Assembly (NCBI RefSeq): GCF_009914755.1
Contig: NC_060929.1
Length of the DNA stretch: 64,000 nucleotides
Strand: one strand, 5' to 3'
Source of the DNA: the human T2T-CHM13v2.0 reference genome, Homo sapiens
Shown here: positions 1 to 15,171 of the stretch, piece after piece
How positions within the stretch are numbered: the first letter of the stretch is position 1
How the letters are laid out: the number at the start of each line of letters is the position of its first letter
The notes under the pieces: generated by a model
The model's input: only the letters and a program-made list of their open reading frames with translations
What the model was told of the DNA's origin: nothing
Database searches by the model: none
Made by a program: the position numbers and the translations under genes

Positions 1-1799
1 GGCCTCTCCAGAAGCTGACCAGATGCCAGCATCATGTCTCCTGTACTGTTTGTGGAACCATGAGGTCATTTCGTGACCTCTTTTCTTTATAAATTACCAG
101 TCTCAGGTATTTCTTTACAGCAATGCAAGAATGGCCTAATACACACCTGTAAACATTTTAGGAAGCTCACTAGGGACAAAAACAAAGTGCCTTCTTGTCT
201 TCAGATTCCTTTATACATCAGAGAGTTGGGAGGGAAAGCTGTCATGCTCAGAATTTCACATGGGCCCTTGCAAAAGGAGCATGTTTTTCTATGAGAGGTG
301 GGGCCAAAGAGATTGTCAGTATGGGGAAGTGCCCCAGGACTCTTAACTCACAGCTAAGGGAAAGAGGGAGTGGAGGGGAGCAGCAGCGTTTGTGAACCAG
401 CAGGCAAGGGAAGCCCCTAGAGGAGCAGTGTGGTCTAGTGGGAGTTGAGGGGCCTGCTGGGGTTATGGAGAGTACCAGGAAGGAAGCAGCTCTGGGGGAA
501 ATAGTCCTTGGAATCTGCTGCCTTCTGCCAGCTAGGGTTCAGTCCATAATCCCAGCACTGGGATTAGGAAGGCTCAAATGTCTTCAGTGTTACCATCACC
601 ATGAACTAGAGCCAAGACCAGCACCCAGGTTAGCTGATTTCTGGGCACTGTCTGTTCCCTTTAATTTCTGCCCTCCCAGGGGACACCTGGAAAGCTCTGA
701 GGTCCTGTGGTGATGGGGGCTTATTCATTTGATTCTGGAAATATTTACTGTCATTCACTCTGTTCCAGGCCTGGTGGTAAATCTGGGGGATAAAAAGGAG
801 AGCAAAGACACTCATTTATTCACTTGGTCAGCGAATTGTGAGTGGGACTGATGGGCTCTGTACTATGTGCTGTGCTGGGTTTGAGGACACAAAGACAAGT
901 GACTTCGTTCCTCCTGTAAGCACACATTGAATGCATGTTGTATGATGCTGGAAACAAAGATAAACCTGAGCCTATATTCTGCCCTCAGGGAGCTCACAGT
1001 GTCGGGGCAGACAGACACACAAATGCAGCAGTGTGTAAACAAAGCCAGTATGGAGGCATGGAGGGAGAGAGGTTCTCCAAAGAGAGAGATCCAAGGCGAA
1101 GTTGGTGGTCACCTTGGCTAGGCAGAGAAGGCCATGGCATGTTACAGGGATGTTGCAGGTGGGGCTGGTGATCCAGTTTGAGGGGCCTGGGGAGGTGGTA
1201 GCAGGAGATGGGGCTACAAAGATGATTTGATGCCTGATTGTGGGGGCCTTGCTAGGGTGTTAAAGCTGATCCTTAGCCAGGGAAGAGCTGTTGAGTGATT
1301 TTAACTCAGGAAGCAACAGGCTGAGACTGGATGTTTATAAGGGGCCTCCTGCTGTTGTGTGGGTTGTAGACCATAAAGGATGAAGCAGAGAGGCAAATAT
1401 GTCAGACGGTAGCAGCTGCTATCCAGGTGAGAGAATCAAGGCCTGTGCTGGATTTGGGGGAATAATAGGGATTAGATTCTGAGATCCCTTTTTCCCTAAC
1501 AGGACATGATCCCTCCATCCCTGCCCTCACCCTTAGCACCTGGCATAGTGTCTGGGCCCCAGCAGGAGCTCCATGGATGTGTGGGAAGTAACTCATTGAT
1601 GCCAAAAACCATCCCCAAAGTCCTGCCCACAAGGCCACTGTAGGGGAAGACGCAGGAGCAGGAGGAAAAGAGGGCATAACAGGGTGCTGCCCATCTCTGT
1701 CTCCCTAGCTATTTTAGGAATCTGAGGGACAGGAAAATGGGGCTTAGGGGAGCTAGAAGCAGCTTGAGTCACTTATTCTGTGAACACAGCCTGTTGTCT

Positions 1800-3585
1800 T
1801 TGATTTGCCTTCCTCCTCAGAAATCCTATCCCATCAGCCATGCCCAGGGTTTGCTGTCCTCATCCAACTTGACCCAACTTTACCTCCTGCCATTCTGTTG
1901 ACTATTCCCTCCTTGAAATACTGTCTTCATTCAGTGTGCACAAGCCATCGCTCCTGGATTTCCCTCAATCCTACTCTCTGCTCCTCACCTACTCAGCCAC
2001 CCCTCTTCCTCAAGTTGTTGTTTAATGATAGAAACTCCTCAGAGCTCTGCCCTTACATGTTTGCGCTCTTCCCTGAGTGAGCTTGTCATACTATTGTAGT
2101 GTAGTGGCTTACGAGGCAGCTGCAATCCCTCCCTCTCTTCCCTGCACACATGCCTCTTTGAAATGTAACTGCCATTCCTCTTATCATAAGGTAGAATCTA
2201 TTTCTCAGTCTTTAGAACTGGGCTTGCTTTGGTCAATGGGTAATTTTTAAAAGTGATGAAAATAAAGACTTAAAAAACATTTGTACGTTGGTGATCGCCC
2301 TCTCTTGCTGTGCTTTTGGACACTAAAACTGTCTTGTAAATGAACCTAAGCTAGCCCATAGGAGTGGCCATGTGGAGGATAGCCAAGATGCTCTAGCCAA
2401 CAGCCTAACAAACTTGTGAGTGAGGCTGTTGCAGAGCATTCTCACCCAAGAGAGATCAGCAGATGAACCACCCAGCTAATCCCAGATGAAACTGCCAACT
2501 TACGGAATTGTGAGCTAGTAAATAACTGTTGTTTTGTGTCACTAAACTTTTGGGTAGTTTGTTATACACCAAAGGCTACTTGATACTCATGGCTTTAAAC
2601 AATATCTTTATACTGAGAATTTCTAAAATTTGCATCTCTATTCCAGATTACTGCCTGAGCTCAAGATGTATACTATCTACTTACAACCATGTGAATATCT
2701 CATAGGCATTTCTAATTTAACATATCCAAAAGAGAGCTCTTGATCTTTTCTCAGAAGGAATCTGCCTTTCCTCTGGTTACTATCATCTGTACATGGCACT
2801 TTAACCACATAGTTACTCAAACTAGGAAACTGGGAGTCATTCTTGACACCTCATTATTCTTCACCACCATACCCCACATCTAGTTTGTCACTTAGTACTT
2901 TCAACCAACCCTACACTGAAAATTCTTCTTTAATTTGCCTTCCTGTCTCTCTCCACTGTCACCATCCTGGTTCAAAGCAAGTGATGATTCTCTTGCCTGG
3001 ACAACTCCAATAGCCTCCTAACTAGTCAACCACTTCCATTCTTGCCCTTTGCAATCCATTCTCAGCCCAACAGCCAGCGTGAACAGATCATGTCACCCCA
3101 CCCCCAGCTCACTTGCACCTTCCAGTTTCTTCCCTTTGCATGTAGGAGCAAGTTCAAACTCCTCTCCACATTCTCTGAGACCTGCAAGAGTGTGGTTCTA
3201 ACTCTCTGCACTCATCTCCCACTGTGTTCCCCTTTGCTCACCCTTTCTTTTCAGCCATGTCAGCCTTCTTTCATTTCTTTGAACTCTTCAAACTTTTCAA
3301 GACTTTCAGCCTGCCTATATGCTGTCCCTTTTCCTGAAATTCTTTCCCCTCCTTTCTCGGCCTGGCTAATTTTACTCTTGCTTTGGTTGTCATCTCAAAT
3401 ACTACTTCTTTAAAGAAGACATACATATTTTTCTGACTAGACTGTATGTTCCTTGAAGAGAGGGATCTTGTCTGTTATGTGCACTATGGAATACACAGCA
3501 CCTAGCCCAGAGTCTGACACATAGTAGGCTCTCAATAAAATTTTTGTTGCATAAATAAATGAATAAATAAGTAGTTGCTGAATGC
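1800..3585 (+). mobile_element. Ancient L2/MIR-class LINE 3' region (degenerate), ending in the diagnostic tail ...cacctagcccagagtctgacacatagtaggctctcaataaa...gaataaataag
   Basis: L2 3'-end-like phrases (tccctcaatcctactctctgctcctcacctactcagccacccctcttcctcaag) and a terminal MIR/L2 tail at 3440-3585. Boundaries are approximate. Confidence 0.4.
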
Positions 3586-4142
3586 CCTCATTCACTTATT
3601 GGCTTGATATATATTTCTCGAGTACCTGCTGGGGACCAAGCCCCGTGCTAGCTTCCAGAAGTACACTGATGAGCATCAGCAGGAATATCCAACTTCATAA
3701 AGCTTACAGTTTACCAAGGGAGGCAACCTGTGATCACATAATCCCCATGTAGAATGTATAATAGTGAAGGGAGAGATGCGGTCTGAAAAAAATAGTTATC
3801 TGGGAACCTAGAAGGAAGGAGCCACTCGAGACTGAGAAATCCTGAAAGGCTTTTTCTTAAGGAAGCTATGCGGAGATCTGAAAGGTGAGTAGGAGTGGAT
3901 GGTGGGGGAAGTATATAGTCCAAGGTGAGGGAGGGAGAATGTGCCCTGCAAGGAGCCAAAAGAAGGCCAGTGTGGAGGGATGCAGAGCATGGAGGAGGGA
4001 GGAAGAATTGAGGCTTGAAAGCTGGGGAGCAGCAAAGGATGTCTTTTGTCCTAAAAGCCAAGTGAAGGCTTTTGAAGGGTTTGAATCTGGGAGGGGTTGG
4101 GGATTTGACAGGATTATATTAGCAGTTTGAAAACATCACTCT

Positions 4143-4447
4143 GGGCCGGTTGTGGTGGCTCACGCCTGCAATCCCAGCACTTTGGGAGGCCACGGTGGGT
4201 GGACCACCTGAGGTCAGGAGTTTGAGACCAGCCTGACCAATATGCTGAAACCCCATCTCTACTAAAAATACAAAAATTAGCTGGGTGTGGTGGCATGCAA
4301 CTGTAATCCCAGCTACTTGGGAGGCTGAGACAGACGAATTACTTGAACCTGGGAGTTGGAGGTTGCAGCCAAGATCAGGCCACTGCACTTCAGCCTGGGA
4401 GACAAAGTGAGACTCCGTCTCAAAAGAAAAAAAAAAAGAAAAGAAAA
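4143..4447 (+). mobile_element. Alu element (full length, poly-A tail)
   Basis: gggccggttgtggtggctcacgcctgcaatcccagcactttgggaggcc ... gagactccgtctcaaaagaaaaaaaaaa. Confidence 0.92.
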
Positions 4448-4638
4448 TTTCATTCTGCCTACTGTGTGGAAGATGAATGGAAAGGGTCAGGAAGAGATGG
4501 AGGAGACTCTTGTAGACCCTCCAGCCAGAGAGGATGGTACTGTGAGTTAGGGGCAACAGGAAGAATGGAGAGAAGAGGTGGGAAGGGGATAATGAGAAAG
4601 AGAATGAATTATTTTTATGAAAATAGGTATGACTACCA

Positions 4639-5096
<458 letters not shown>

Positions 5097-6719
5097 TTAC
5101 TAAACTCTTCAGTTCTTTACTGAGGGAGAAACTAAGAGTTGGAGTGACTCAAATGCCTGCTCATTAAAAAATGACGAGAAATTAAGGATTTGAAGTGAAC
5201 ATGACAGAAGTGCACACTGGGTCATCTGGTTTAATCTTTGTCATTTTTACTGGACGGGAATCTAAAATGCCAGCGTCTGGTTCAATACTGCATACTCTTC
5301 ATCCGGACTCCTGGGCCCTCTTCCTTCCTCAGGAAATCTAGGTCATTGCCCATGGGCTCAGACACCCAGACCCTTTCCCTCTTCAACCCAAAGAGCTCTA
5401 AGCTCACAGTCTGGAGATTTCTCTCTCTCTCTGCCAGGTAACCAGCCTTCCTGCCGCTCTCACAGACCCCAACTCCTTCCTGCTTGTTGACTCCAAACAC
5501 CCCTTTCTGATCCCACTCCCTCCCAACATGCAGCCTCCTGTTTACTAGGCAGGGCCCTCCTCACACTCATCGCATGAATCCCTAACTTTTCCTTTCCTCA
5601 CACGGTCCTCCTTCTTGGCTCAGTGCTTCACGTCGCCATTTTATTTTCTTTGTCTGGCATCAAATTCAAAGGCCCCTCTGATCAGACTCCCCAAGCTGGA
5701 GGCTGTGAGTATGTGGGAAAGAAATGGGAAGGACTCTCTCAATTTCCCCAGCCCTGGAAGAGGAGCAGCAGACCCTCAACACCCCACCTCACGCCCTGCC
5801 CCCTTTCCTCTCCACTTCTTCCTCAATTGCCAATCTCCCAGCAGAACCAGGATCCGTTGTGCTGCCTGGGACAAGGAAGGATGCCGTGGATATCTGAAGA
5901 TGCTCTCCTGGTACTAGAATCCTGCAGCTTTTTGGCCTAACAGTGCAGAGCTTCAGCTTGGATGTGGAAAGGGCCTAGCAGAACTAGTTGCAAGTTCTGC
6001 TTCAAAGAGGGACAGGTATTCTCCCAGGCAGAGCCACCTTTTATCCCTACAGGGAGTTTCCTACTTTGTCACCTCCATTCACAGATTTGGTGGGCCACTG
6101 TGTGACAGCTGTCTTTGTCGGGGTACTGAGATGATCAAAGAGAAATGAGGCCATGCTCAGCTGGAGTTCTGGAAGATGAGATAAAATGTAAAGAATACCC
6201 TTTATAAAGATAAGAGGTTCTTAGCTTCTTGGGGATCATAATCCCTTATGACGGACAAAGGGCTCTCTCACCAGAAAAATGTACATGTGCAAAAGCACCC
6301 AAGGCTCTGCACACAGCAACAGGGCCCCACCCTCTCAAGGACCAGGAGAGAGCAGTTGGCAGGTAGGCAGAGCACCAAGGCCCCCTTCCCCATGCAGAGA
6401 AGGTGAGGGAAACCTGGCCCCATCCTAGATTCAGTCTCCAGGTCCTGGTCACAGGAAAAGAGCAGGCGAATGAGCACATTTCTTACTTTTCTTTTTGGGG
6501 GACAGCCCAATTAAACAGGGGCCTTCATCCCTACTGTTATTTAAATTGGGGCTCCAGAGCCAGGATTTTCCTCCAGGTCCAGAGGTGAGTAAAATGCTCT
6601 TCACAGTGTTTCATAAGGGAACATCTACATAACTCTCCCTATGGCCTTGGACCAAATCTGTTACTCCTGACTGGTGAGCCAGACCTGGGGGCCTTCCTAG
6701 GTTACTAGAGAGGAGAAGA

Positions 6720-6800
6720 CCCCCTAGACATACACACTGGTGCACAGACACATACGTGTACAGACACACATGTATACACACACATACACACAAATGTATA
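6720..6800. repeat. Imperfect CA/TG-rich low-complexity tract
   Basis: acacactggtgcacagacacatacgtgtacagacacacatgtatacacacacatacacacaaatg. Confidence 0.7.
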
Positions 6801-9009
6801 AACACAAAGAGCCAAGAGATGCATCTGCACAGTGAAAACTTCTCTGGACTCTAACCTTTGCTGAAGCACTGGCCAGGGCAAAATAAATGAAGTCTCCATA
6901 GTTAAAACAACAACAAAAAACCCAAACCAAAACAAAAATAAATGTCTTATAGGCAAATGAGAGCAAAGTCTGTAGGAGCCCCAATTTAGTCCAGAACTTC
7001 TCTACCCATTTAAAGCATTTATAATGGACTCATCTACTTAACTCGGGGCACAAGAAGTAGGATGGTTTTCACTGTTAATTTGGAGTGTTCTTCCCAGGTT
7101 TTTCTCTCAAGGTAATAAGAGAAAATAAAAGTGTCTTTTATATGTTTTGCATTTATAATTCAATTAACAAACATTTACTGTGGGTAGACTATGTGCTAGT
7201 ACGTGCCAGGCACCACAGCAAACAATCGGACAGACATGTCCCAACCCCTACCCCACATTACAGAAATAATTCCAGGTGCAGTGAGTCTTCCCACAGGTGC
7301 TTTGGCTGTCTTCTCATCCAGGAGTCATGGAAGGGCCCCCTAAGGGGAAGTGACATCTAACACCTGCTGGAAGGTAAAAGTAGCGTGTGGGTCTCCATCC
7401 TCCTGTGGGGTCTGTGTGCCCCAGACATGGCTTCTCAGTACCTCTGACCTTCCTTCTCACTCTTGCCCTTCCTGGCAGCAGGCATGCATGTGGACTGGGA
7501 CCTTGGTCCCTACAGTTATTAGCCCGTGGCACAACAGGGAGCTGTGCAAGGTTTTGGGAGTATCAGCTGTGGTAAATCTGGGGTGGCAGAATGGTCCCAG
7601 GCTAGCCTGGGGTCGGAGTCACAAGTGAGATAGGGCTGATGCTGCTGAAATGCTGGGGGAGAGCTTGTCCTTTGAGCAACTCCATTTTTCTATCTACTTC
7701 CCCCCTGCACCTCCAGCTCTTCCCTGATACCTCCAGCCTTCCTCCTCACTATGAAGGCAACTGCCTGAGGCCCAGAAGAATCCAGCAAACAGCCCTGACA
7801 TGTAAGGCACCATTAGGATAATTCCAAAATGCCACTCATGGCCTACATGTGTTATCCTGCCCGCCTCTCCAGGCCCATCTCCCCCTGGCTTTCTCTATCC
7901 AACATATCAGTTTTTCCTCAGTTCTCATTGTCACCACCATGTTCCCCATGTTCCTGGGGTCTCCATTTACACTATTCCCTCTGCCTACAAGGCTTCCTCC
8001 ACTCTAATCCCCACCCAGACTTTTCCATTACTTCATGAACTCCTGTTCACCCACTAGGTCTCACCTCAATCACCTACGTGTCAGAGCAGCCCTCGTCGTC
8101 CTTTGGTTCTGTGCGCTGGCAGCCCATGCTCCTTTTCATACTGTGTGGTTATCCAATTATTACCCATTCCTCCCACTAGGTTATGTGATCTGTGTGAGCA
8201 GGGACAGGCCTGCTGCTCACCACTGTGTCTGGCACCTGTCACAAAGTCTGCCACATAGTAGACTGTCTGTAAAAGTATGAGTGTTTGGGTGGATACATGA
8301 ATCATGGAATGTCTTGTATGGGGAAAGGTAGCCATGCCGAGCAGATGCCCAGCCCTCACTTTGTGTGCTGGGCTGGCAGTGTTGGAGTCCAGGAAGTCCA
8401 TGGTGTCTACCATGCCCCTAGTCATCTTATCAGGAAAGTGACCTGAGCCACTTCATTCCTGGATCAGTGGTTTTGGCTTATGTCATGTGGTTCAAGTGGT
8501 AGCACCCCTGTAGCTCTGTCCATAATGGCCTAGATGAGGACTGATGTCCCTACCAAACTGTAAAAGGGCTGGGCGTGAGATAAACCAATGCTTTCTAAGG
8601 AGGCTTGGCATGAACTTCTAACCAATAGGGGTGCTTCATTTTGGGTAATGGCAAACTTAGGAGTTTCTTTTGAGACAACTAACTACAAAGAACTCTGTAA
8701 AAGTTCAAAAAAGAGAAGAAGGGCCACTCTAGGGCTGGCTGGATCCCCAACTGCTGGACAAGCCAGCCTCAGTAGACTGATACCATAAAGTATGTCTTTA
8801 TGGTCAAGGAAACCATATTCCTTGTCACCTCAAACTCTCATGTGTCCTTGCAAAATGCCTCTTCTACCACTGCTAACTTGTATTCACCCCTTCCTTTCCA
8901 TTATAAGGAGTAAGAAGAAAACAAGTGTAAGGCTAAGGAATGAGTTTCTTTTGGTATGTTTGTCTTCATGTGTGCTGTGGAGAAAAGGACTTCATTAAAG
9001 TACTTTTTA

Positions 9010-9291
<282 letters not shown>

Positions 9292-9744
9292 CTACAGGGC
9301 ATTAGCCTGCTGACTAAATTTTTTATTGCATCCTAGTAGTTCTAGAACTGTTGGGGTCTTCAAAGTGAAATATCACAGCTCAATGATGACATGACTTGCT
9401 TATGAATCATGGTAATCATCAGCACCCCAGGTGCTAAATCCTTCAAGAGTCAATGTAGATGTAGGTGTTTGGGTATCTGGCTGCCTCATTACTCCAATTT
9501 GTCTGTGGCTATGTCAATGTTACAAAGACAACAAGCAAACCATGAGAATATCTGTTTCTCTGAGGCTGGTTGTAGGCCTCAAAAAATGAACTCCAGGTAT
9601 TGATGATGAGATGAGTAGAAAGAGAGAAAAAAAATACACTTTAAAAATTAGCTCAGCCAATGATGATCAGAAAAATAAAGAGGGTGTTTTTGGATCATCT
9701 TATTCAGGCAAACTAGAGATTAAGCGATTTATGTCTGTCTCCCT

Positions 9745-10266
<522 letters not shown>

Positions 10267-11284
10267 GTGTGTATTCTTTTCCACTGATATCTTTGTCTTT
10301 GAATATCCTTATTTTTCATGAATAAATAGAGAAATGTATAGAATAATTTCTTACCTTATAGTTCCTAGCATATAATGGAAACTCATCTAGCAATCATAAG
10401 CAGGTAAAGTAAATATTTACTCTCATATGAGAACAGACTTCCTTCCAATGGTCATGGAAGCCAGAAGCAGTCCCCAGATGGTTTTTGCTCTGATCTCAGA
10501 GACATTATACCCAAGACCACTTTGGAGCTCAGAAGTCGTACAAATTCTCATTTCTGACAGAATGACCTGGCAGGGGGCTCCTTCTGCTCCATCTGTGACA
10601 CATTTGAAGCAGAGGACTTTGTTGACTTTCTACCCTCTTTTTAAAACCTTTGAAATTTAGTTTTCAGTACACAATGCAACAGTGCTCTATAAAAGCAGGT
10701 CTGTGGAGGCAACACAGATGAGATCAACATCCCTGGACTGCTTAGCATGGTCTCTCTCTGCAGTGGAAACCTTACACCACATGAGGTGGGTAGCTAGAGT
10801 TGACTTAGAAGAGCTTAACTGATTTGATTCAACACTTTAAATCACCTCTAATGTGGCACATTAGTAATGCCACCATATTGTAAATGATACATCCACAGAA
10901 GCATTAGTCATTATACAAATAGAATGAATAGGTTTCACTACACTTCAAGATAAACATGTCGAAACACTAACTCCATTCACTCAGGGCCTTTTGAGCTTGC
11001 TCAGGGCCCTTACCTGGCTGTTAGAATAAATACAAAGTTTTATGGCTTACTTTCTCTGTATGACTTCACCATCACCCAATACAAATTCAGGCTAGAAATT
11101 GCAGTTGTGCACATTGACACATTTATTTATTCATTCTCTTACTTAGTAACCTATTGTTTTCTCAGCTTGGTTTACAGAGTATTATGGTTCCCTGACATTG
11201 ATCACAGGATTCATAAGTACCATTTTTGTTAGAGTGCAAAAGTTTAGAATGGTTCTGCATCTCAAAAAGAGTGAGTCAAGAAAG

Positions 11285-11455
11285 CAGGCAGTATTGTGTC
11301 ATGGTTAGAGCAAGAGCTTGAGAGTTAGGTTCACTTGGATTTGAATTCTAGTTTCATCGCTATGTGTATAAACTCAGGAAATGACTTCACTTTTCTGAAC
11401 CTCCATTTTCTTATCTGTAAAATGGTTGTAAAACCCCTCACCTCTCTCCATTTCA
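11285..11455 (+). mobile_element. MIR SINE fragment
   Basis: ggatttgaattctagtttcatcgctatgtgtataaactcaggaaatgacttcacttttctgaacctccattttcttatctgtaaaatgg. Confidence 0.55.
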
Positions 11456-11868
11456 GCATTGTGTATCTCTTTTCCTTTTTATGCACCTTCCAGAATGTCA
11501 AGCATCAATAAAAGATCCTTGAGGATCAGCCAGGTCATGAAGGAGGAGGAGATATGTAAGGTGGCCTGGGAAGGAAAGGTAGCACTGGTTACAGGAAGGG
11601 ACATCTCCTTTAGTGATTACTATAAAAGCAAAGGTGTGCTGATGGCAATGTGATGGCCAGGTGGGAGGTGGGAACAGTAAGGACAGCAAAAACACCAGTT
11701 TAATGACAAGGAAAAGGAAGGAGGTATAGGAGACGCTAGGAGAGGTTGGAAGGGACTGAGCTGTAGAAAGCAGAGAATGCAAGATTTTACAGAATATAGC
11801 AAAGTAAGAAATGGGCTTCATGTACAAAATATTTCAAACAAATTCTCTTATATCCTTTAATGATTAAC

Positions 11869-11965
11869 AAAGCATTTTGCAAATACCAGTTTCTAAAAAA
11901 ATGAAGCTTCCAAGGCAGGTTACAAACACTTCTGAGAGTTGTAAACCCTCACAGGCTATAGGAAT
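11869..11965 (+). repeat. Copy A of an unclassified dispersed repeat (partner at 18479-18580)
   Basis: caaagcattttgcaaataccagtttctaaaaaaatgaagcttccaaggcaggttacaaacacttctgagagttgtaaaccctcacaggct compared with caaagcactctgcaaacatcagttctggaaaaaaaaaaaacgtatcctccaaggcaggattatatgcacttctgggagttgtaaacccatgcaggct. Confidence 0.5.
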
Positions 11966-12148
11966 ATGTGCATTCACAACAGCTAGTTCTTTAATGGCTT
12001 GTGCCTTAGTTTCTTCCTTTATAAAAAGGAGAATGATAATGTTGGTAACCATGACTACATTGTAGGTTATCGTAGCATTTCATCAAATATAAAAGGCGTG
12101 TCACTCTGTACTTTGCATAAATAAGTGCTTAATCAATATCAGCTATTT

Positions 12149-12190
12149 ATGTGTGTGTGCATGTGTGTGTATGTGTGTGTGTGTGTGTGC
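12149..12190. repeat. Imperfect (TG)n microsatellite
   Basis: tgtgtgtgtgcatgtgtgtgtatgtgtgtgtgtgtgtgtgc. Confidence 0.9.
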
Positions 12191-12689
12191 ATAAAGAGAT
12201 GTCTTGTAAGATGTTCCATCAATGTATTGACCATGGTCATTTCTGATTCATGGGATTTTAAGTAATTTTTACCTTTTTGGACCTTTTTGCTATAATTTGA
12301 ATTTTCCCAATAAACATGCATTATTTGTGTAAAAACTATAAAGCGATTTTTTAAAAATCCATACTTAGCAATGAAACATTTCAGATAATGTAGCTGAGTG
12401 GGATACAGCTTTGCTTGTAACAGCCTTTCCAATGATCAGACTGAATAGTTAACCCTTCAGTGCTAAAAACTCTATTTCAGAAAAAGGTCCTTGTTTTACA
12501 TTTTCATAATTAAATGGTCTATTACAGGTGGAAGCTTTTTACAAAACAAGGAGTTCCTTAAAGGTAAGAAGAGTCTCCTCCACTGAGAATATGTAGGCTT
12601 CCAGCTTTGAAAGGATAGATTTTTGATTTTTAGTCTGAGAGTCTTCCATCTAGCGTTTATGGATTTTGAAGACAGAAGACAACCAAACA

Positions 12690-12840
12690 TCCCCCAGAAG
12701 ACTGTTAGCTTCACTAGCACAGGGAAAGTATAATTCACCTTTGTATTCCCAGGGCTTGACACAGTGCCAGGCACGGAGTAGGTACTATATAAACATTTTT
12801 ATGTTGAATGAATAATCGAATGAATGAATGGTAAGTTTAA
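12690..12840 (+). mobile_element. MIR/L2-type 3' tail
   Basis: cccagggcttgacacagtgccaggcacggagtaggtactatataaacatttttatgttgaatgaataatcgaatgaatgaatgg. Confidence 0.55.
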
Positions 12841-14789
12841 GGGCTGAGTTTCTGCTTGGGAGATGGAGAGAGTCACACTCTCTTACATACTAATATTTGA
12901 ATAGGAAATTTAAAAAAATTAAATGGGAGCAAAGTGATTTTAACTAGGAGCACACATAAGACCAAAATTGAAGCAGAAAATTCAATGTCCCTTTATTAAA
13001 GGCCTACAGCACACCGGGCCCTGATCTACATGTTGAGGACAGTTGTGAAGAGGAGCTTAATTACATTGGGGAATACAGACTTTGATCAAGCCATGACATG
13101 TGGGAGGTGAGTCCCTGCAGGGAAAGAGCTGGATGCTTTGGCAGCATATGATGGGGGCACCCAGTCTAGGTAGGGTGCAGTGGGGAAAGCAGACATGGCC
13201 AGGGAAGGCCTTTGTAAGAAATTGGCATTGAAGTTGAGACCCAAGGTTGATGAGAAGGAGCAAGAAAAGTCAAGAGTGGCGGCAAAACATTTCAGAAGCT
13301 TCCAAGGTGGAGACATAGAACAAGCTAGGGGACCACAGGTACAAAGATCCTAATCTGGGGAAGAGTTTGTGATATGTGAGGAACAAAAAGAAGGTCAGTG
13401 TGAGCAAGGCACCTGCGAGAAGTGGGCCATGGCAGGGATCACATCACTCGGGTCAGGGCCATGGGAGGAAGTTGGGATTTGATATGATGTGTAATGGGAA
13501 GATCTTGAAGAGCTTTACTGTGACAGTAACCATAATCTTATTTATATTTTCAACATGGAATAGCTGTTGGGTGATAGAGGGGGTAGAGTGAGGCTGAGTG
13601 GAGGCAGAAGATAGTCCAGGCAAGAAATAAGGGTGACCCGGACTATGACCTGGGTCTATCTGTAGACAGTAGACATGGAGAGAAGTGGATGGATTTGAGC
13701 TATGGTTTGAAGGTAAAACTGATAAGACTTGGCAAATGGAAAGTTGAAGGGCAGCCCTATTTAACTCTGGCTGCTCTGTCTAACAGCAGCCATCCTTTTT
13801 CATCCCAGCACTCTCTCCCCCAACTTCCATTCATGGTTTTATTTTTCTACAGGTACTTGTTACCATGGGACATATTAAGTTTTATTTGTTTTCTCACTAT
13901 TAATAATTATCTGTTTATTACAGCTTTAACTTTTGTCTATTTTGTTTAATGTCCTATTCCTTATGCCCCAAACATTCTTGGCACATATTAGGTATTCAAT
14001 AAATATTTATTGCCTTATTGAATAAGGGCATTAATTTAATAAATGAATAAGTAAATGAGGGTGAGAGACAAGGTAAGTGAAGAATGTTTTTAGTTGGCTA
14101 TTCCTTCATAACAAACAAACCTAGAATCTCAGTGGTATACAACAACAGACATTACTTTTTCTCACTCTTGGGTCTGTGAATCAGCTTGGGTAGCTGTGCT
14201 TCAGGCTTGCAGGTCTGTTGAGCTAGGCTCTGGACTGTGGGTTGGGATCCACTCTGCTCCATGTGTATTTTCATCTTCCTTGGCTCAATGGCTACCTGGA
14301 GTCTGTTCTTCTAAATGGTAGATGGCAAAAGCACAAAAGACCAAATTCAATTTCAAAGGAGCAAGGAAGAATATTTCACCTTCTCTGGTGGAAGATACTG
14401 CATGGCAAAGGGTATGAATGTATAATTCCACAACAGGGGGAGATTGAGGATTAAAGACCTATAATCCAATCTTCCAATATGACAGCTAGGTATGGCTTGA
14501 ACAACTACATGGATGGAACTGCCATTTACTGATATGGGGAAGACTGGAGCAGGAACAGGTTGGGGAGAGAGGATAAAAATTAGGAGTTCAAATTTTGACC
14601 TGATAAATCCAGTGAGACTGCCAATGACAGGAATCACAAGTGGTAGAAATGTAACTGGCTTAAGCAAAAGCAGAATATAATGGTGAATGTAATTGGGAAG
14701 TCTAAGGAGGATCTTCAGAGCTTCAGGTACAGCTGGATCCAGGAACTCAAAAAATTTTGTCAGGGATTTGACTTAGCTTCTGTTTCTTT

Positions 14790-15171
14790 GATCTGTTTCT
14801 CTTTTTTGGCTTCACTTCCAAGCAAACTCCCTCCACATGGTGGTGAGATGGATCCTGGAAGCCTCAGAGTCACCCTTAGCTTAGCAATGACAGTAAAAAG
14901 AAGGACTTTTCTCTCTTATCCATACATCAGTCTAAGAGATGATATTGTTAATTTTGCTTAGGTCATATGTCCATTTATCTGATCTGTTTCTCTCTTCTGG
15001 CTTCATTTCCAAGCAAACTCCCTCCACATGGTGGTGAGATGGCTCCAGGCAGCCTCAGAGTCACCCTTAGCTTAGCAATGATAGTAAAAAGAAGGACTTT
15101 TCTTTCTCAACATCCATACATCAGTCTAAAAGATGATATTGTTATTTTGCTTAGGTCATATGTCCATTTAT
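14790..15171. repeat. Tandem duplication: two copies of a ~191-bp unit (14790-14980 and 14981-15171), roughly 90 percent identical
   Basis: Both copies read gatctgtttctct..ggcttca.ttccaagcaaactccctccacatggtggtgagatgg..cc.g.agcctcagagtcacccttagcttagcaatga.agtaaaaagaaggacttttct...catccatacatcagtctaa.agatgatattgtta.ttttgcttaggtcatatgtccatttatc. Two parallel ORFs (14680-14961 and 14967-15200) are artefacts of the duplication. Confidence 0.9.

Noticed and set aside
4119-4556. 145-aa ORF (minus strand) and similar 60-100 aa ORFs at 9007, 10021, 23622, 27431, 46177, 51375, 55352, 63700
   Set aside because: All lie inside Alu elements; the translations are the familiar Alu-derived pseudo-peptides (…[16 protein letters not shown]…, …[15 protein letters not shown]…). 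They are not genes.
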